Below, in pieces: positions 12,170 through 25,800 of a DNA stretch of 64,000 nt. The DNA lies in the NCBI RefSeq assembly GCF_006345805.1, contig NC_042997.1, positions 41,230,001 to 41,294,000 on the forward strand. Reading direction: 5' to 3'. The position numbers and the translations under genes are program-made. The notes below the pieces were generated by a model that did not search any database, was not told the DNA's origin, and saw only the letters and a list, made by a program, of their open reading frames with translations. Numbering within the stretch: the first letter of the stretch is position 1; every line of letters begins with the position of its first letter. Source of the stretch: Octopus sinensis. Taxonomy: Eukaryota.

Positions 12170-12380
12170 TTGCAAGATAATTGGTAATTCTGTCGGTGCT
12201 GGTGCCACGTAAAAGCACCCAGTACACTCTGTAAATTGGTTGATGTTAGGAAGGGTATCTCAACTGCAGAATCCATACCAAAACAAAGAATGGAACCAGG
12301 TTTGGCTCTTTGCCTAGCCAGTTCCTGTCAAACTGTCCAACCCATGCCAGCATGGAAAACAGGTGATAAATAACGAGCAT
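12170..12380 (+). mobile_element. RTE-family 3' terminal fragment
   Basis: gccacgtaaaagcacccagtacactc..aggaagggta..caacccatgccagcatggaaaac. Confidence 0.7.
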
Positions 12381-12497
12381 GATTCTAAGTTTTATTTTCA
12401 TTTCGATTTCCTTTGTTTATTGCAGAATATTTTCTTTGTTTTGGTGAATTCCAAGAATATCAACATAAAACAACAAACAACAAATACATCAACCAAC

Positions 12498-12725
12498 CTT
12501 TACTATTTCTGTGTCTTGAGGATAAACCACAAAGTTTACAACTTTGATCTGGCTTGAATTTTGCTTTGAGTAGTTTTTCACTGCTTCATACATAGTTCTG
12601 GGTAGGTTTTCAATGGGGTACCTCAATTTTCCAGCCCCTAATATAGGAAATGCAAGGCTTTTTGCTCCTCTTCTCTCAGCTTTCCCCAGACAAATGGTTA
12701 TTATTTGAGTCAAGTTTGCCAGAGT
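12498..12725 (-). CDS. PARP14: PARP14-like exon 9 (228 nt, phase 0-0), end of macro domain 2
   Basis: Acceptor ttttttAG and donor GTtggt. Translates TLANLTQIITICLGKAERRGAKSLAFPILGAGKLRYP...VNFVVYPQDTEIVK. Confidence 0.9.
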
Positions 12726-14865
12726 CTAAAAAAAATAATTGTTTAGTAATTGATAATGAACATTTTATTAAATTATTTTCTTATTACAGGAAGAAACCAT
12801 TAAGTTGTAATAAATATATCCTCCTCTCACAACTCCTCTCACTCCTGCCACTGCTAAACACAACTGTCATTCCTATCACTCTTTAGTCCTGCAAGGGACA
12901 AGGCAACCTCACTCATGATGCTGCTACAATAAAACAGACCCAATCCACCGTGTAAAATGATAGGTGAATGAAGAGAGACAATGCAGACCCAAGAGGAGTC
13001 TTTGGTGTTGTTGAGGACATGACTACCTCTCTAGTGCTCGTGCCATGACAGAGAAAAACTCACCAATACAGACAGTAAAACACAGAAATATGTTTGAATA
13101 TAGTCTTATTTATCAGTCACATAACTGTTGTTAGGCCATGAGGCTTTTTTCCTTCTATTTATATATAAAAGTGTCCTGTTCATCGATATCTTCTGCTTCC
13201 TTCCAATGATAACTGGAAGAACAAATATTAAACAGGATGCTGACATTTGCTTTATGATTCTCACACAACATGCATAAGGTTCTCTTCAAACATTAACTGT
13301 TTCAATAAATCAAATACATATGAATAATACTTACTGAATGTGAGGAGTTTACACCCCAGGGCGGTAATGCCAGATGAAAAACATTCTTACATTTGAGGTT
13401 ATATCCTTTAGTTATGGCTACTTCAGAAGTAGAAATACCTTGAGGATATTTCTGGCTACATTCGCTTTGTATCTGGGGACCAGCAGCATTGAGAATAAAT
13501 TTGGAGATAGAACCATTATTAAGCAGGAGGTTTTTATTGGTGCTGTTAACGATGACATCAACCTACAAAAGTAATTAATGGTAAACAGCTAAGGAACATT
13601 CCGTGGAGAAGAGAGATACATTGTTGCAGTTGATATTGTTGTTAAGTAAGGCTCTACAGAATGGCTGTAGTAAGTCTGCGGTTGTTAAAGTTAGCAAAAG
13701 ATATACTCAAGATATCAGATGTGAAGGAAATAAAATGTTTGAGTTTGATTGAGAAAATGTTTTAATTAACTGGAAATGATTCCTCATTTGCAAATGAAAT
13801 AACAATTAAATATAAATATGTTAAGTGAATCTATTTACTCACAGATGCATTAGAAATTGAACCAATCATTAGTTGTATTTTGATGCCAGCATTTTCTCCG
13901 GATGCCACATTAGTTCTGGGTGTCATAGGGGCTGCTTTCTGTTGTGGACCAAGAAGGGATGCGTTGAATGATGTGGTTCCTGAAAATAAAACAATTGAAC
14001 ATCTTCTCTCTCTCTTAAAAGAACTACTTTATTCCATATAAATAGTAATGGTATTCCTTTCTGAAAATATGATTTAGCAAGAGAATACATGCTAACTTGT
14101 AGTCATTCTCCCCCCCCCACACACACACACCTTTTATATAGCAACAAGGCTATAAACGTTATTTCCATGTATTTCTTCTACCAAATGGACTAAAAATACA
14201 TTGAAGAACATACTTGAAACTTTCAAAGTCTGAAAACAGTGAAACTGGTTAGTAAAATGTGATCTTCCACCTCTTATGAAACGTTTTTGCTTAAAACATT
14301 TATTAAAACAGGCTTCAGATGGTGTAGATTCCACTAAGTTGGGAATTTGGTGTGAAAAAATGTTTTTGAGGGAGTGGAGAGAGGTTTTTCAGAAAATTCA
14401 CATAAACTCAAATTCGTTTCCTCATAACTTTTGGGAAAATGGCTATTTTTAAAGGAAAATTTCCACAAATATCTTTCAAGGTGTGTATATTAGGATAATA
14501 ATGGAATTTGATGCAAAAATATAAATTGCTGGGATAGCATACATAAATATTGATACACATCAGATATTTGTTTTGAGTGGGGTTTTTTTTGTTGTTTTTT
14601 ACAACATGTTCCAATAGAATTGGAATTTATACCATCTGAAGCTTATTTATAGAAAATTTCATTAAAAAATTATGTTTTTCTTGAAACTATAGGGAAAGAA
14701 ATCTGTTGGGACATACATGTATGGGTATGGTACAGGTAATACTCAGACCAGTTGCTGTATATTATTGCATATGTGTGACCAGAAGTCCAAATAAACATAT
14801 AATCTTTAAACTTTAATCAAGGATATATATATATATATACACACACATATATACATATATATATG

Positions 14866-14896
<31 letters not shown>

Positions 14897-17800
14897 ATAT
14901 GGTACATTTTAAAACCTTTCTTGTAATTTTTCTTTCACCAGATCAGACTGGAGCCTGGTGCAGCCCCTGGCTTCCCAGACCCCGGTCGAACTGTCCAACC
15001 CGTGCTAGCACGGAAAACGGACGTTAAACGATGATGATGTATATCTCACTCATATGGCAGTGTTGTCTGCTTCACACAATTTACCTGCTTACCACATCAC
15101 ATGACTCAGGCTGATGGTCATGTGATAAGTAATTTCTAACAGGTTAAGCTGTTCAAGGAAAGAAACTTGGTTATTCAGTTGAAGAAGGCTTCCAGAGCTA
15201 AATGGCCTCTCGTAAATACTTCAGAGTCAGACAACGCTATAACTCTTGGTTCAACATTATTGGACGTAAGAAGATAAAACACTTATTTCAAGAAATTTCT
15301 CTCTTAAAGAATCATCATCATCATCATTTAACGTCCGCTTTCCATGCTAGCATGAGTTGGACGGTTCAACTGGGGTCTGGGGAGCCCGAAGGCTGCACCA
15401 GGCCAGTCAGATCTGGCAGTGTTTCTACAGCTGGATGCCCTTCCTAACGCCAACCACTCCGAGAGTGTAGTGGGTGATTTTATGTGCCACCGACACAGGT
15501 GCCAGATGAGGCTGGCGAACGGCCACGCTCGGGTGGTGTTTTTATGTGCCACCGACACAGGTGCCAGACGAGGCTGGCGAACGGCCACGCTCGGGTGGTG
15601 TTTTTTATGTTCCACCGACACAGGTGCCAGATTAGGCTGGTGAACGGCCACGATCGGATGGTGTTTGTTACGTGCCCACAGCATGGAGGCCAGTCGATGC
15701 GGTACTGGCTACGGCCACGTTCGGATGGTTTTCTTGTGTGCCACCGGCACTAGTACCACAAAGATACAAATTCCATTGATGTTCATCTATTTTGATTTGT
15801 TTTGATTTTTTGATTTGATTTTCACTTGCCTCAACAGGTCTTCACAAGTGTCACAAGAAGGAAGGTATGCACAGCTAGACTGACTACGTCCCAGGTAGGG
15901 GCCACGGGTTATGGCCTGACTAGTCTTGCCGGGTCTTCGGATGGTGTTTTTATGTGCCACTGACACAGGTGCCAGATGAGGCTGGCGAACGGCCACAATC
16001 GGATGGTGTTTTTTACGTGCCCACAGCACAGAGGCCAGTCGATACGGTACTGGCTACAGCCACGTTCGGATGGTTTTCTTGTGTGCCACCAGCACTGGTA
16101 CCACAAAGATACAAATTCCATTGATGTTCATCTATTTTGATTTGTTTAAAATGTAAATCATCATCATAATCATCGTCATTTAACATCCACTTTCCATGCT
16201 GACATGGGTTGGATGGTTTGACTGAAGCTGATAGGCTGGAAAGCTGTACCAGGTTCCAGTCAGATTTGGCATGGTTCTTACAGCTGATGTCTTTCCAAAT
16301 GTCAATCACACTGAGAGTGTAATGGGTGCTTCTACATGCCACCGGCATGGGTGTCATTTTGTGCAACACCAGTATCTTCCACGACTGCAATTTTGCTCGG
16401 CATGATGGGTCATATTCTCAAACACAACATAATGCCAAAGGTCTCAGTCATTGCCTCTGTGGGCCCAACACTTGAAAGGAACTCAGCCACTTTGTTTCTG
16501 TGAAGCTCAATGTTTGAAAGGAACTCAGCTAATTTGCCTCTGTGAGGCCCAAAGTTCAAAAGACGTTCTTTATGTTCCACTGGCATGGGTGCACATAGCT
16601 TGAAGGGGTCCTCTCAAGCACAGCACATCACTAAAGGTCTCGGTCACCAATCATTGCCTCTGTGAGGCTCAAAGTTTGAAGATCGTGCTTCACCACCTTG
16701 TCCCATGTCTTCCTGGGTCTACTTCTATCATAAGTTCCCTCCACAGTTAGAGATTGGCACCTCTTTACACACCTGTCCATATGCATCACATGACCATACC
16801 AGCACACCTCATCTGATTCCTCTTATGCCTAACTTTTCTCTCAAGATGCTTACACTCTGTCGAACATGCATACTGACATTGCACATCCAGTGAAGCATAC
16901 TGGCTTCATTTTTCTCAAGCCTACACATGTCCTTGGCTGTCATAGCCCATGTTTCACTGCCATGTAGCATAGCTGTTCACTCACAGGCTTCATACAATCT
17001 GGCTTTCACTCTGAGGGAGAAGTCCTTTGTTACCAACAGAAGCAGGGGCTCTCTGAACTTTGCCCAGCCTAATCTTATTCTCACAGCTATACTCTCAGAA
17101 CATCCACCTCCACTACTAACTTGGTCACCTAGGTAACCGAATCTATCTACTACCTCTAACCTGCAGTTGATAGAGTCTATTTTCTGTGCATTTTCAGTGT
17201 TTATTGTACCTGTGCACCTTCCACATACCAAAAGTTAATTTCTCTGTTAACCTTCCTTTGTGTCCAAAGATTACAATGGGTGCAGCTTATGGAGTTTCTA
17301 CCTACACCTTTTCTACAGACTGAGCAGGGCCATCTACCTGAGAGGATTTGTGATCTGTCTGCCTTCCTACTTACTATGACTTTGGTTTTTGCTAGGTTAA
17401 CTCTAAGGCCTTTTGATTCTAGATCTTGTTTCCATATATTGAACTTCTTCTCTAGCTCAGGTAGTGATTCAGCTATAAGAACAAGGTCATCAGGGTAGAG
17501 GAGTTCCCAGGGGCAGCTTGTCTTGAATTCCTCTGTTATTGCCTGGAGAACTATGATGAACAAAAGGGGGTTGAGCACCCATTCCTTGCTGAATCCCTAC
17601 TTGTACCCCAAATTCTTCACTATACCTGTTGCCCACCCTCACCTTACTGGTAGCGTTCCTATACAAGGGTTGTACAGATCTCACCAACCACTCGTCTATC
17701 CCTAGTTTCCACATTGACCACCAGATATGGGATGAGTGGACGCTGTCAAAAGTTAACAAAAGCCAAGATTAGATGTTTATCTTTGGCTTGGAATTTCTCC

Positions 17801-20800
17801 TACAGTTACCTTACCAGAAATATAGCACCAGTGGTGCTTCTCCCTGGCACAAACCCAAACTGCATCTCATCTAGACTAAGTCTCTCCCTAATTAGTTGGG
17901 TTATGACTCTCTCTGTAACCTTCATCACCTGAACCGACAATTTGTTACCTCTGTAATTATTTCTATCTTCTAGCTTCATATCTTTCAAGCCTTCACATGT
18001 CCTCTGTGATCACAGCCCACATTTCCCTGTCATGGAACATGGCTGTTTGCCCACAGGCATCCTACAATCTGCCTTTCACTCTGAAGGAGAGGCCTTTTGT
18101 TGCCAGCAGAGTTAGGAGCTCTCTGCACTTTCACCTAACCTAATCTTATTCTCACAGCAACACTCTCAGAGCATCCAATTTGCTACTGACTTGGTCACCT
18201 ACATAACAGAAGCTATCTAGCTTACCCCACTAGCAATTAATGGAATCTATTTTCTGTACATTTTTAGTATTTATTGTACCTGTGCCCCTTCCAAACACAA
18301 AACTATTTTCCCAGTTAACCTTCCTCTGATATTGCTGTACCTCTTATGTATCCATAACTTGCACTGGATACATCACATGGAGCTTCTGCCAATGCTTTTT
18401 CAACAGAACAAGCAGGGCCATCTACCCGAAGGGGTTTGTGATTTGTCTGCCTTCCTACTTACTAAAACTTTGGTCTTTGCCAGGTTAACTCTAAGGCCCT
18501 TTGATTCTAAACCTTGCTTCCACACCTGAAATTTCTTTTTTAGCTCTGGAAGTGATTCAACTATGAGAACAAGTTCATCAGCATAGAGGAGCTCCCAGGG
18601 GCAGCATATCTTAAATTGCCCTGTTATTGCCTAGTGGACTATGATAAACAAGACGGGACTGAGGACCAATCCTTAGTGAACCTCTACCTGTACCTTAGAT
18701 TAATCGCTATACTCATTGCCCACCCTCACCTTACTGACTGCATGCCTGCTAAAAGACCCCCACCCCCACCACTGCTGCAGATGATAACAACAAATCAAAA
18801 AAGAAAGAAGTCATTAAAAAAATTGCACTAAATTTTAATTTTTAGTCAGAGAAACTGAGAAGTCATTCACTTATTGAAAAAGCCCTTTTCTTTTGAGGTG
18901 GTGGTGGTGGTGGGGGGGGGGAATCTATAACTTCATAGTAATTACGAGCAATAGTCATGTTTACAATGTATCAGATAAATAATTATAATTATCCTTTGTT
19001 AGGGAATCACAGAGTGAGAAAAGAATATTTTATCAACAGCAATAAATTAAACATCATCATCATCCTTGTTTTCACATCCATTGTTCCCTGCTTGCATGGG
19101 TCAGATTAGTTTATTGAGGCAGACTTTCTATAGTTGGATGCTCTTCCTGATGCTGACCCTCACCTGTTTCCAAGCAAGGTAATATTTCCCCCTGGCCAGA
19201 CGTGGTTTCCACAGAAGACGGGAAACAAACAACCTCACTTGTATGCTGGGGATGCTCGTTTACAGCCATCACATGATGTGAAGACAAGAGTACAAACACA
19301 CTCACACACACACACACACAATACGTATATGAGGGGCTCTTGTATCAGTTTCTATCTTCTAAATCAGTTGACAAGACTTTGGTCAGCTCAGGGCCATATT
19401 AGAAGATATTTGCTTGAGTTGCCTTACATTGGGAATCAACATGGTTAGAAATGAAGCTTTTTAACCACAAATCCATGGCTGTGCCCATAAACCAATAATA
19501 GGAATTAGATAAAAGTTGACTGAACGAGGAAAAATCTTAATCCTGAAATAAATCATTTAAATTTTCTCTAAAATATCAAGCAAATAACAAGTCCTACCTC
19601 TGCTTTTACTGATTCCAAACACCGTTTCTAGATGAAGCTTAAAAGCTCTGATTACTTCCTTCCGTACATCAATCAAACAAATATGTTTTATTTTAGAATT
19701 CGAGTGAGTATCAAGATAATTCTTTATCGTCCTTACTGTACATTTGGTTCCTTCTTCTATGGGTATACCATAAATACCTGTAATAAATAAAGTATGCAAC
19801 ACAATTAATCCAACAAATGTTCTTACTCAAAATATATATAACTAGCAGAGATACCTGGTGTTGCTCGGGATCAAAAGGGCATAGTTTGTATATATATGAA
19901 ACAGGTGATACATGAAAGTGCTGCATTGATGACAAAACATTTGTGGAGTAAATGTAAAAGCTTTGCACAAATGACAATTTGAGTTTAGCACACCGATTTG
20001 GACAGAATTATCATTTTTATAAGAATGCGATGGATCATATCTAAAAGAAGCTCCAGGTGTTGTAAAGAACGAATTTGTATGTGACATGATTCTGAGAGCT
20101 ATTCTATTGAACCTCTGTGTAATCTGGTGAGCTAAATGTTGCTTTAATGATCTTGGGAAAGTCTCATCTCATTTCTGTCTTGAGACTCCATCTGATGTAC
20201 TGCAGCATGCGTTTGGTGATGTTGAGAAAGTCTCATATCCCATTCTCTCTTGAGAATCCATCTGATGCCAAGCAGAATGCCTTTGCTGATCTTCAGAAAG
20301 TCTCATCTCCCTTCTCTCTTGAGAATCCATCTGATGTGTTGCTGTATGTGTATGGAGATCTTTGGAAAGTGTCATGTCCCTTCTTCTCTCTTGAGACTCC
20401 ATCTGATGTACTGCAGCATGTCTTTGCTGATGTTGAGAAAGTCTCATCTTCTGTCTTCAGACTCCATTTGATGTGTTGCAGCATGCGTTTGGTGATCTTT
20501 CAAAGGGTCATGCCCCTTCTGTATTGAGACTACATCTGACATGCTGCAGCATGCTTTTACGCCGTTCAAGAATTTGGACCTGGAGATCTCCATTTCCAGC
20601 GACTTCGAGGGCCACCTCCCAGTGGTGTTGGGTGTCAACGAAGAGCTCGCGACTATAACAAGACGACCAAAGTTTGTTTTTTTTCCCCAAGGTCTGGGGT
20701 CTCCCGCCCCTAAGCCCGTGACCATCACCTAATCACCTTTACCCATCTTGTTGCTTAACAACAACAGTATGCTTTTACTGATGTTGACAAAGTCTCATGT

Positions 20801-22799
20801 CCATTATCTCTTGAGACTCTCGCCTTCAGTTTTCTGCACTCCTCCTTGCTTTATAGATGTTTCTGGAAAGATTATTTTTTTCCTTTGGTGGCATAATTTT
20901 TTTCAATGTTCTAAACAAAAAATTATGAACAAAGAAAAAATATACATTAATCTCTATTTTTGAAAGCAGTCGTATGTATGTAGTATGTCTATATTTTTGT
21001 ATACTGTATAAATTAACCAAATATAAGCAATTTGCAAATACCCTGCACCCTTGTAACTGCTGCAATAATTATGAACTGTTAATGGAACGGTAGATATGTA
21101 TTTTCATATAATTTGGACCTTCCACGTAATTGTTTTTTGTCAAGAGGTTGTGTAGATGATAGCTTGTTTAATAATGTAGGTCAGTGGTTTTCAGCCAGGG
21201 TTCCACGGATCCTTAGGGTTCCACCAGTACAGTCCAGGGGTTCCGCAAAAAGTTACAAAACTGCTAAAATTGGCAGTAATTTTTAAGTCTCTTGTGCAGA
21301 TATGTGTGCATAAGACTATTAAATTATTGCACAGGGGTTCCTCGAGCCAGTGGAATGTTTCCTTGGGGTTCTGCTCCAGCAAAAAGTTTGAAAAGCACTG
21401 ATGTAGGTAGTGGGCACGCAAACACACACGCACTCACAGACACATACACATGCGACGATACGCACACATACACTCTCACAAACAGACATATACATATAAT
21501 AAGAGAGACACATGCAGACATACATTCACGCATATCAGTCATCACATGTGTATGCATATGTGTAGATGTGCATGTGTTTAATAATGTACCTAGTGTGAAA
21601 ACCCACACACAGTCAGAGAGACACACACACACTCGTACACCCACACACACATACACTCAGAGATACATACACACTTGTATAAGTGACATCATCATTGTCA
21701 AGGTTTGAAATGTCCTGTACTATTTTCATCCTTATTGAATGCACAAACACACACACAAAAGTGAAAGAATGAAAGGGAAACAATATTACACAATGGTTTC
21801 CGATAGAGGGAGAAATGTAAATGGTGCATTTAAATAGAGAGAGTGCAGGAAACTTAAAATAAGCAAAGTAATGTTGTGGGGAGAACATTCAGATAGCATG
21901 AAGACAACGATATATATATATATATATATACGCACGACAAAACTGAAACACACTGAAGCCAATTTTCATAGAGAGAGAAATAGAGAGGGAGAGAGTGAGA
22001 AATAGAGAGAGAGAGACAGAGGGAGAAATAGAGAGTGAGAGAGTGAGAAATATAGAGAGAGGGAGAAATAGAGAGTGAGAAATAGAGAGATATAGTGAAA
22101 AATAGAGAGAGAGAGTAAGAAATAAAGAGAGAGTGAGAAATAAAGAGAGAGAGAGTGAGAAAGAGAGAGAAAGTGAGTGAGAAATAGAGAGAGAGGGAGT
22201 GAGAAATAGAGAGAGAGTGAGTTAGAGAGAGCGTGAGAAATAGAGTGAGAGTGAGAAATAGAGAGAGAGAAAGAAAGAAATGAATATTTGTATATGTGAA
22301 AGTGGGAAAAAGGAAAAGAGATTAATAGAGAGAGAGAATCAGTTAAAAACTGCAGTTTTTAGAGAAAAAGCCATGTAAAGAACTTTTTTATGGTCAGTTT
22401 GTCACATTGCGTGGGAGCTCTGGACAAAATGTTATAGTGCATAAACATCCATGGCACATAAGTAATGTGTGTGTAAAGTTTGGTGAAAATCAGTTGAAAA
22501 CTGTAGAAATACATACATATTACAAACACAGACATACTTTGTTTTATACATATAGATTAACATATGATATAATTTCAGTAATTTATCAGCTGCAATACCA
22601 AGAAACAACACAATTCCATCATTTACAAGAAGATTCTTTAATAGACAGAGGAGAACTTTCTAGGTGCAATATCATGGCCATTCATGACCGGGGGTGGGGG
22701 GTCTTTACACTCATTAATATACGACAGTATTTAATAAGATCTAAGTTTGTCTCTCTCTCTTCTTGAACACGTTTCTTTTCTTCGTTGTTTGTACAGTTA

Positions 22800-22830
<31 letters not shown>

Positions 22831-25800
22831 GAAATAACAATAATAATAATGATAATAATAATAACTTTAATGTCTCTTTTTTCATGCTTCAGGTGGAATT
22901 GGTTGAGGCAAATTTTCTATGTGTAGCTGACATTCCTATCACCAGCCCTTGCCAAGGAAGCTAATATTGCCCCATGGCCACACATGTTTTCATTGAAGAT
23001 CAGAAATGCTCGTATGATGGTGATCCTTGTTTATAACTATCATGTATAAAGTGTTAGAAGTGGTGTTCAAGAGAGACGCCTATGCTGGTATGGTCATGTG
23101 ATGCATATGGATGAGGACAGCTATGTAAAGATGTGCTGATCTCTAACTGTGGATGGCACCTATGATAGCAGTAGACCCAGGAAGAAATGGGATGAATTGG
23201 TGAAGCATGACCTTTGAACTTTGAACATCACAGAGGCAGACAAGTGACAGAGACCTTTGGCGATGTGTTCTGTTTAATAGGACCTATCAAGCCAAGTGAA
23301 ACTATGCTGGTGGCACATAAAAAAATCAACCTTTGAATGTTGGGCCTCATGGAGGCAAAGTGGCTGAGTACCTTTCGAGCATTAGACCTTTCAGTGGCAA
23401 AAATACGTGAGTACCTTTCAAGCATTGGACCTGATGGAGGCAAAGAAGCTGAGTTCCATTTGAATGTTGGGCCTCACGGAGGTGAGATGTTTGAGTTCCT
23501 TTCGAGTGCTGGACCTCATGGAGGCAAAGTGGCCAAGCTCCTTCCGAGTCTTGGGCCTCATGGAGGCAATGACCAAGACCTTGGGCATTATGAATTGCAG
23601 TCATGGCAAATACCAGTGTCATACAAATGGCACCTGTGCCTGTGGCACGTAAAAGCACCTATTACGCTCTCAGAGTGGTTGGCATTAAGAAAGGCATCTA
23701 GCTGTAGAGAAATATGCCAAATCAGACTGGAGCCTTGTGCAGCCTTCCAGCATGCCAACCCAGTCGAATCATCCAACCCATGCCAGCATGGACAACGAAC
23801 ATTAAATGATGATGATGATGATGATGACATATATTTATATGTAGTTAATGTTTGCTTCTATGTTCAGTTATAATAGGAACCATTTCGTATTTATCTGATA
23901 GGTTACTCTCTCCTTTTGTAGAGAACAAATTTATTACATTTGGGCAGGAATATTACTGACAGTGACTTCGAAGTTTGGGCCAGTTAGGACAGTGCAATGA
24001 AGGTTTAACTGGCCAAAACTTTGAAGTCACTGTAAATAGTATACTTATTTAGGAATAACATATATATATATATATATATATCATTACCAACATCGTCATC
24101 GTTGTTTAATGTCCACTTTCCATGCTGGCATGGGTTGGATGGTATGACTGTGGGCTGTCACCAAGCTCCAATCTGATCTGGCAAAGTTTCTACAGCTGGA
24201 TGCTCTTCCTAACACCAGCCACTCCGAGAGTGCAGTGCATGCATTAACATGCCACCGGCACAAGGGCCAGTCACGAGGTACTGGCATTGACCATGTTCAA
24301 GTTGTGCTTTTTACATGCCAACTGCACAGGAGCCAGTCAGGGGACGCTGGCAATGACCATGCTCGAATGGTGCTTTTTACGTGCCAGCAGCACAGGAAGC
24401 AGTTAGGCAGCACTGGCAACGATCACACTCGAATGGTGCTTTTAACGTTCCACTGGCACATGTACCAATTAGGTGGTTCTGTCATCAGCCACAACAATGA
24501 TTTCACTTGCCTCAACAGGTCTTTGCAAGTGGAGATTATTGCCCAAAGATTGAAGGGTACTCTTAAATCGGCTGGTTATGCAGCACTGGCATAGGCCACA
24601 GTTTTGGTCTCACTTGGCTTCCTGAGTCTTCTCAAGCACAGCATATCTCCAAAGGTCTCAGTCACTTGTTATTGCCTCGGAGAGGCCTTAACATAAAGGT
24701 CGTGTTAGAACAGAGAGTACTCCATTATTTACCTCAAGAGGACCTCCCACATGGCCTTGAGTGCATAAAATTACTCATATTTATATTTTTAACAGACGAG
24801 AACCATCTGCTACAATCACTATTACTGCCAGATGACATGATTTCATCCTGCCTGGATTCTTCAGTAGGAGACATCTAGTAGTGACATAACAGCCAAATCT
24901 ATTGACCATGTATAGAATTTCAGTATCTGTTAAGGCACTGATTTTGCAAATAGCTAGCAAGCCTATGAAAAAGGTAATTAACAGCAACAGAAGCAATAGT
25001 AATACCAACAGGCAATTTTTATATCCAACTAAATGTGGATGTTGTGTTTGAGCACCAAATGCTATGTTATTTACTGTGAGAGAACCTCTCATATGGTTCA
25101 TAAAGGCACTCATATTGTTAGTGTTGGCAGACAAGAATTGTCTGCTTGGGTGCCGGGACTGTCACACACTCACACAACAACAACAAATAGTGTACTTGTA
25201 GAATGTCAGTTGTGCCACAACAGGCCTCTTTTCAATTCCTGGCTACCAAATCCACTGAGAAGGTTTTGGCCATCCCATGTCTATAATAAAAGACTTGCCA
25301 GGGAACTGAATCAGAAATCATGTGGAACATCAGCTTTTTAACCATGCTGCCACATCTCCTACAATAATATATCATCATCATCCCCATCATCATTTAACGT
25401 CCGTTTTCCATACTGGCATGGGTTGGACGGTTCGACCGGGGTCTGGTAAGCCATGGAGGCTGCACCATGCTCCAGTCTGGTTTGGCAGTGTTTCTACAGC
25501 TGGATGCCCTTCCTAACGCCAACCACTCTGTGAGTGTAGTGGGTGTTTATTAGGTGCCACCAGCACAGGAGCTACAGGAGGCTGGCAAACGGCCACGATC
25601 AGTTTGTGCTTTTACATGTCACGGACACGGACGCCAGTCAAGCGGCATTCACCGACACGGACACCAGTCATTATCATCATCATAATCATTTCACATCTGT
25701 TTTCAAGGCCAGAGAGCTGCCCAGGCACCAATTTTCTCTTTTGGTATAGGTTCTATGGCTGGATGCCCTTCCTTTACAGAATGCCAACCACTTTAGAGAA

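Noticed and set aside
1-12497. Further PARP14 exons (macro 3, WWE, catalytic domain)
   Set aside because: Manual reading found no open, splice-bounded segment with these motifs. A very short exon could have been missed.
14134-14334. 66-aa minus-strand ORF near exon 7
   Set aside because: No macro or PARP similarity and no convincing splice sites.
24006-24015. AACTGGCC in the hairpin 3' arm as miR-193
   Set aside because: Only the seed-length match agrees; the rest does not resemble miR-193 as I know it.
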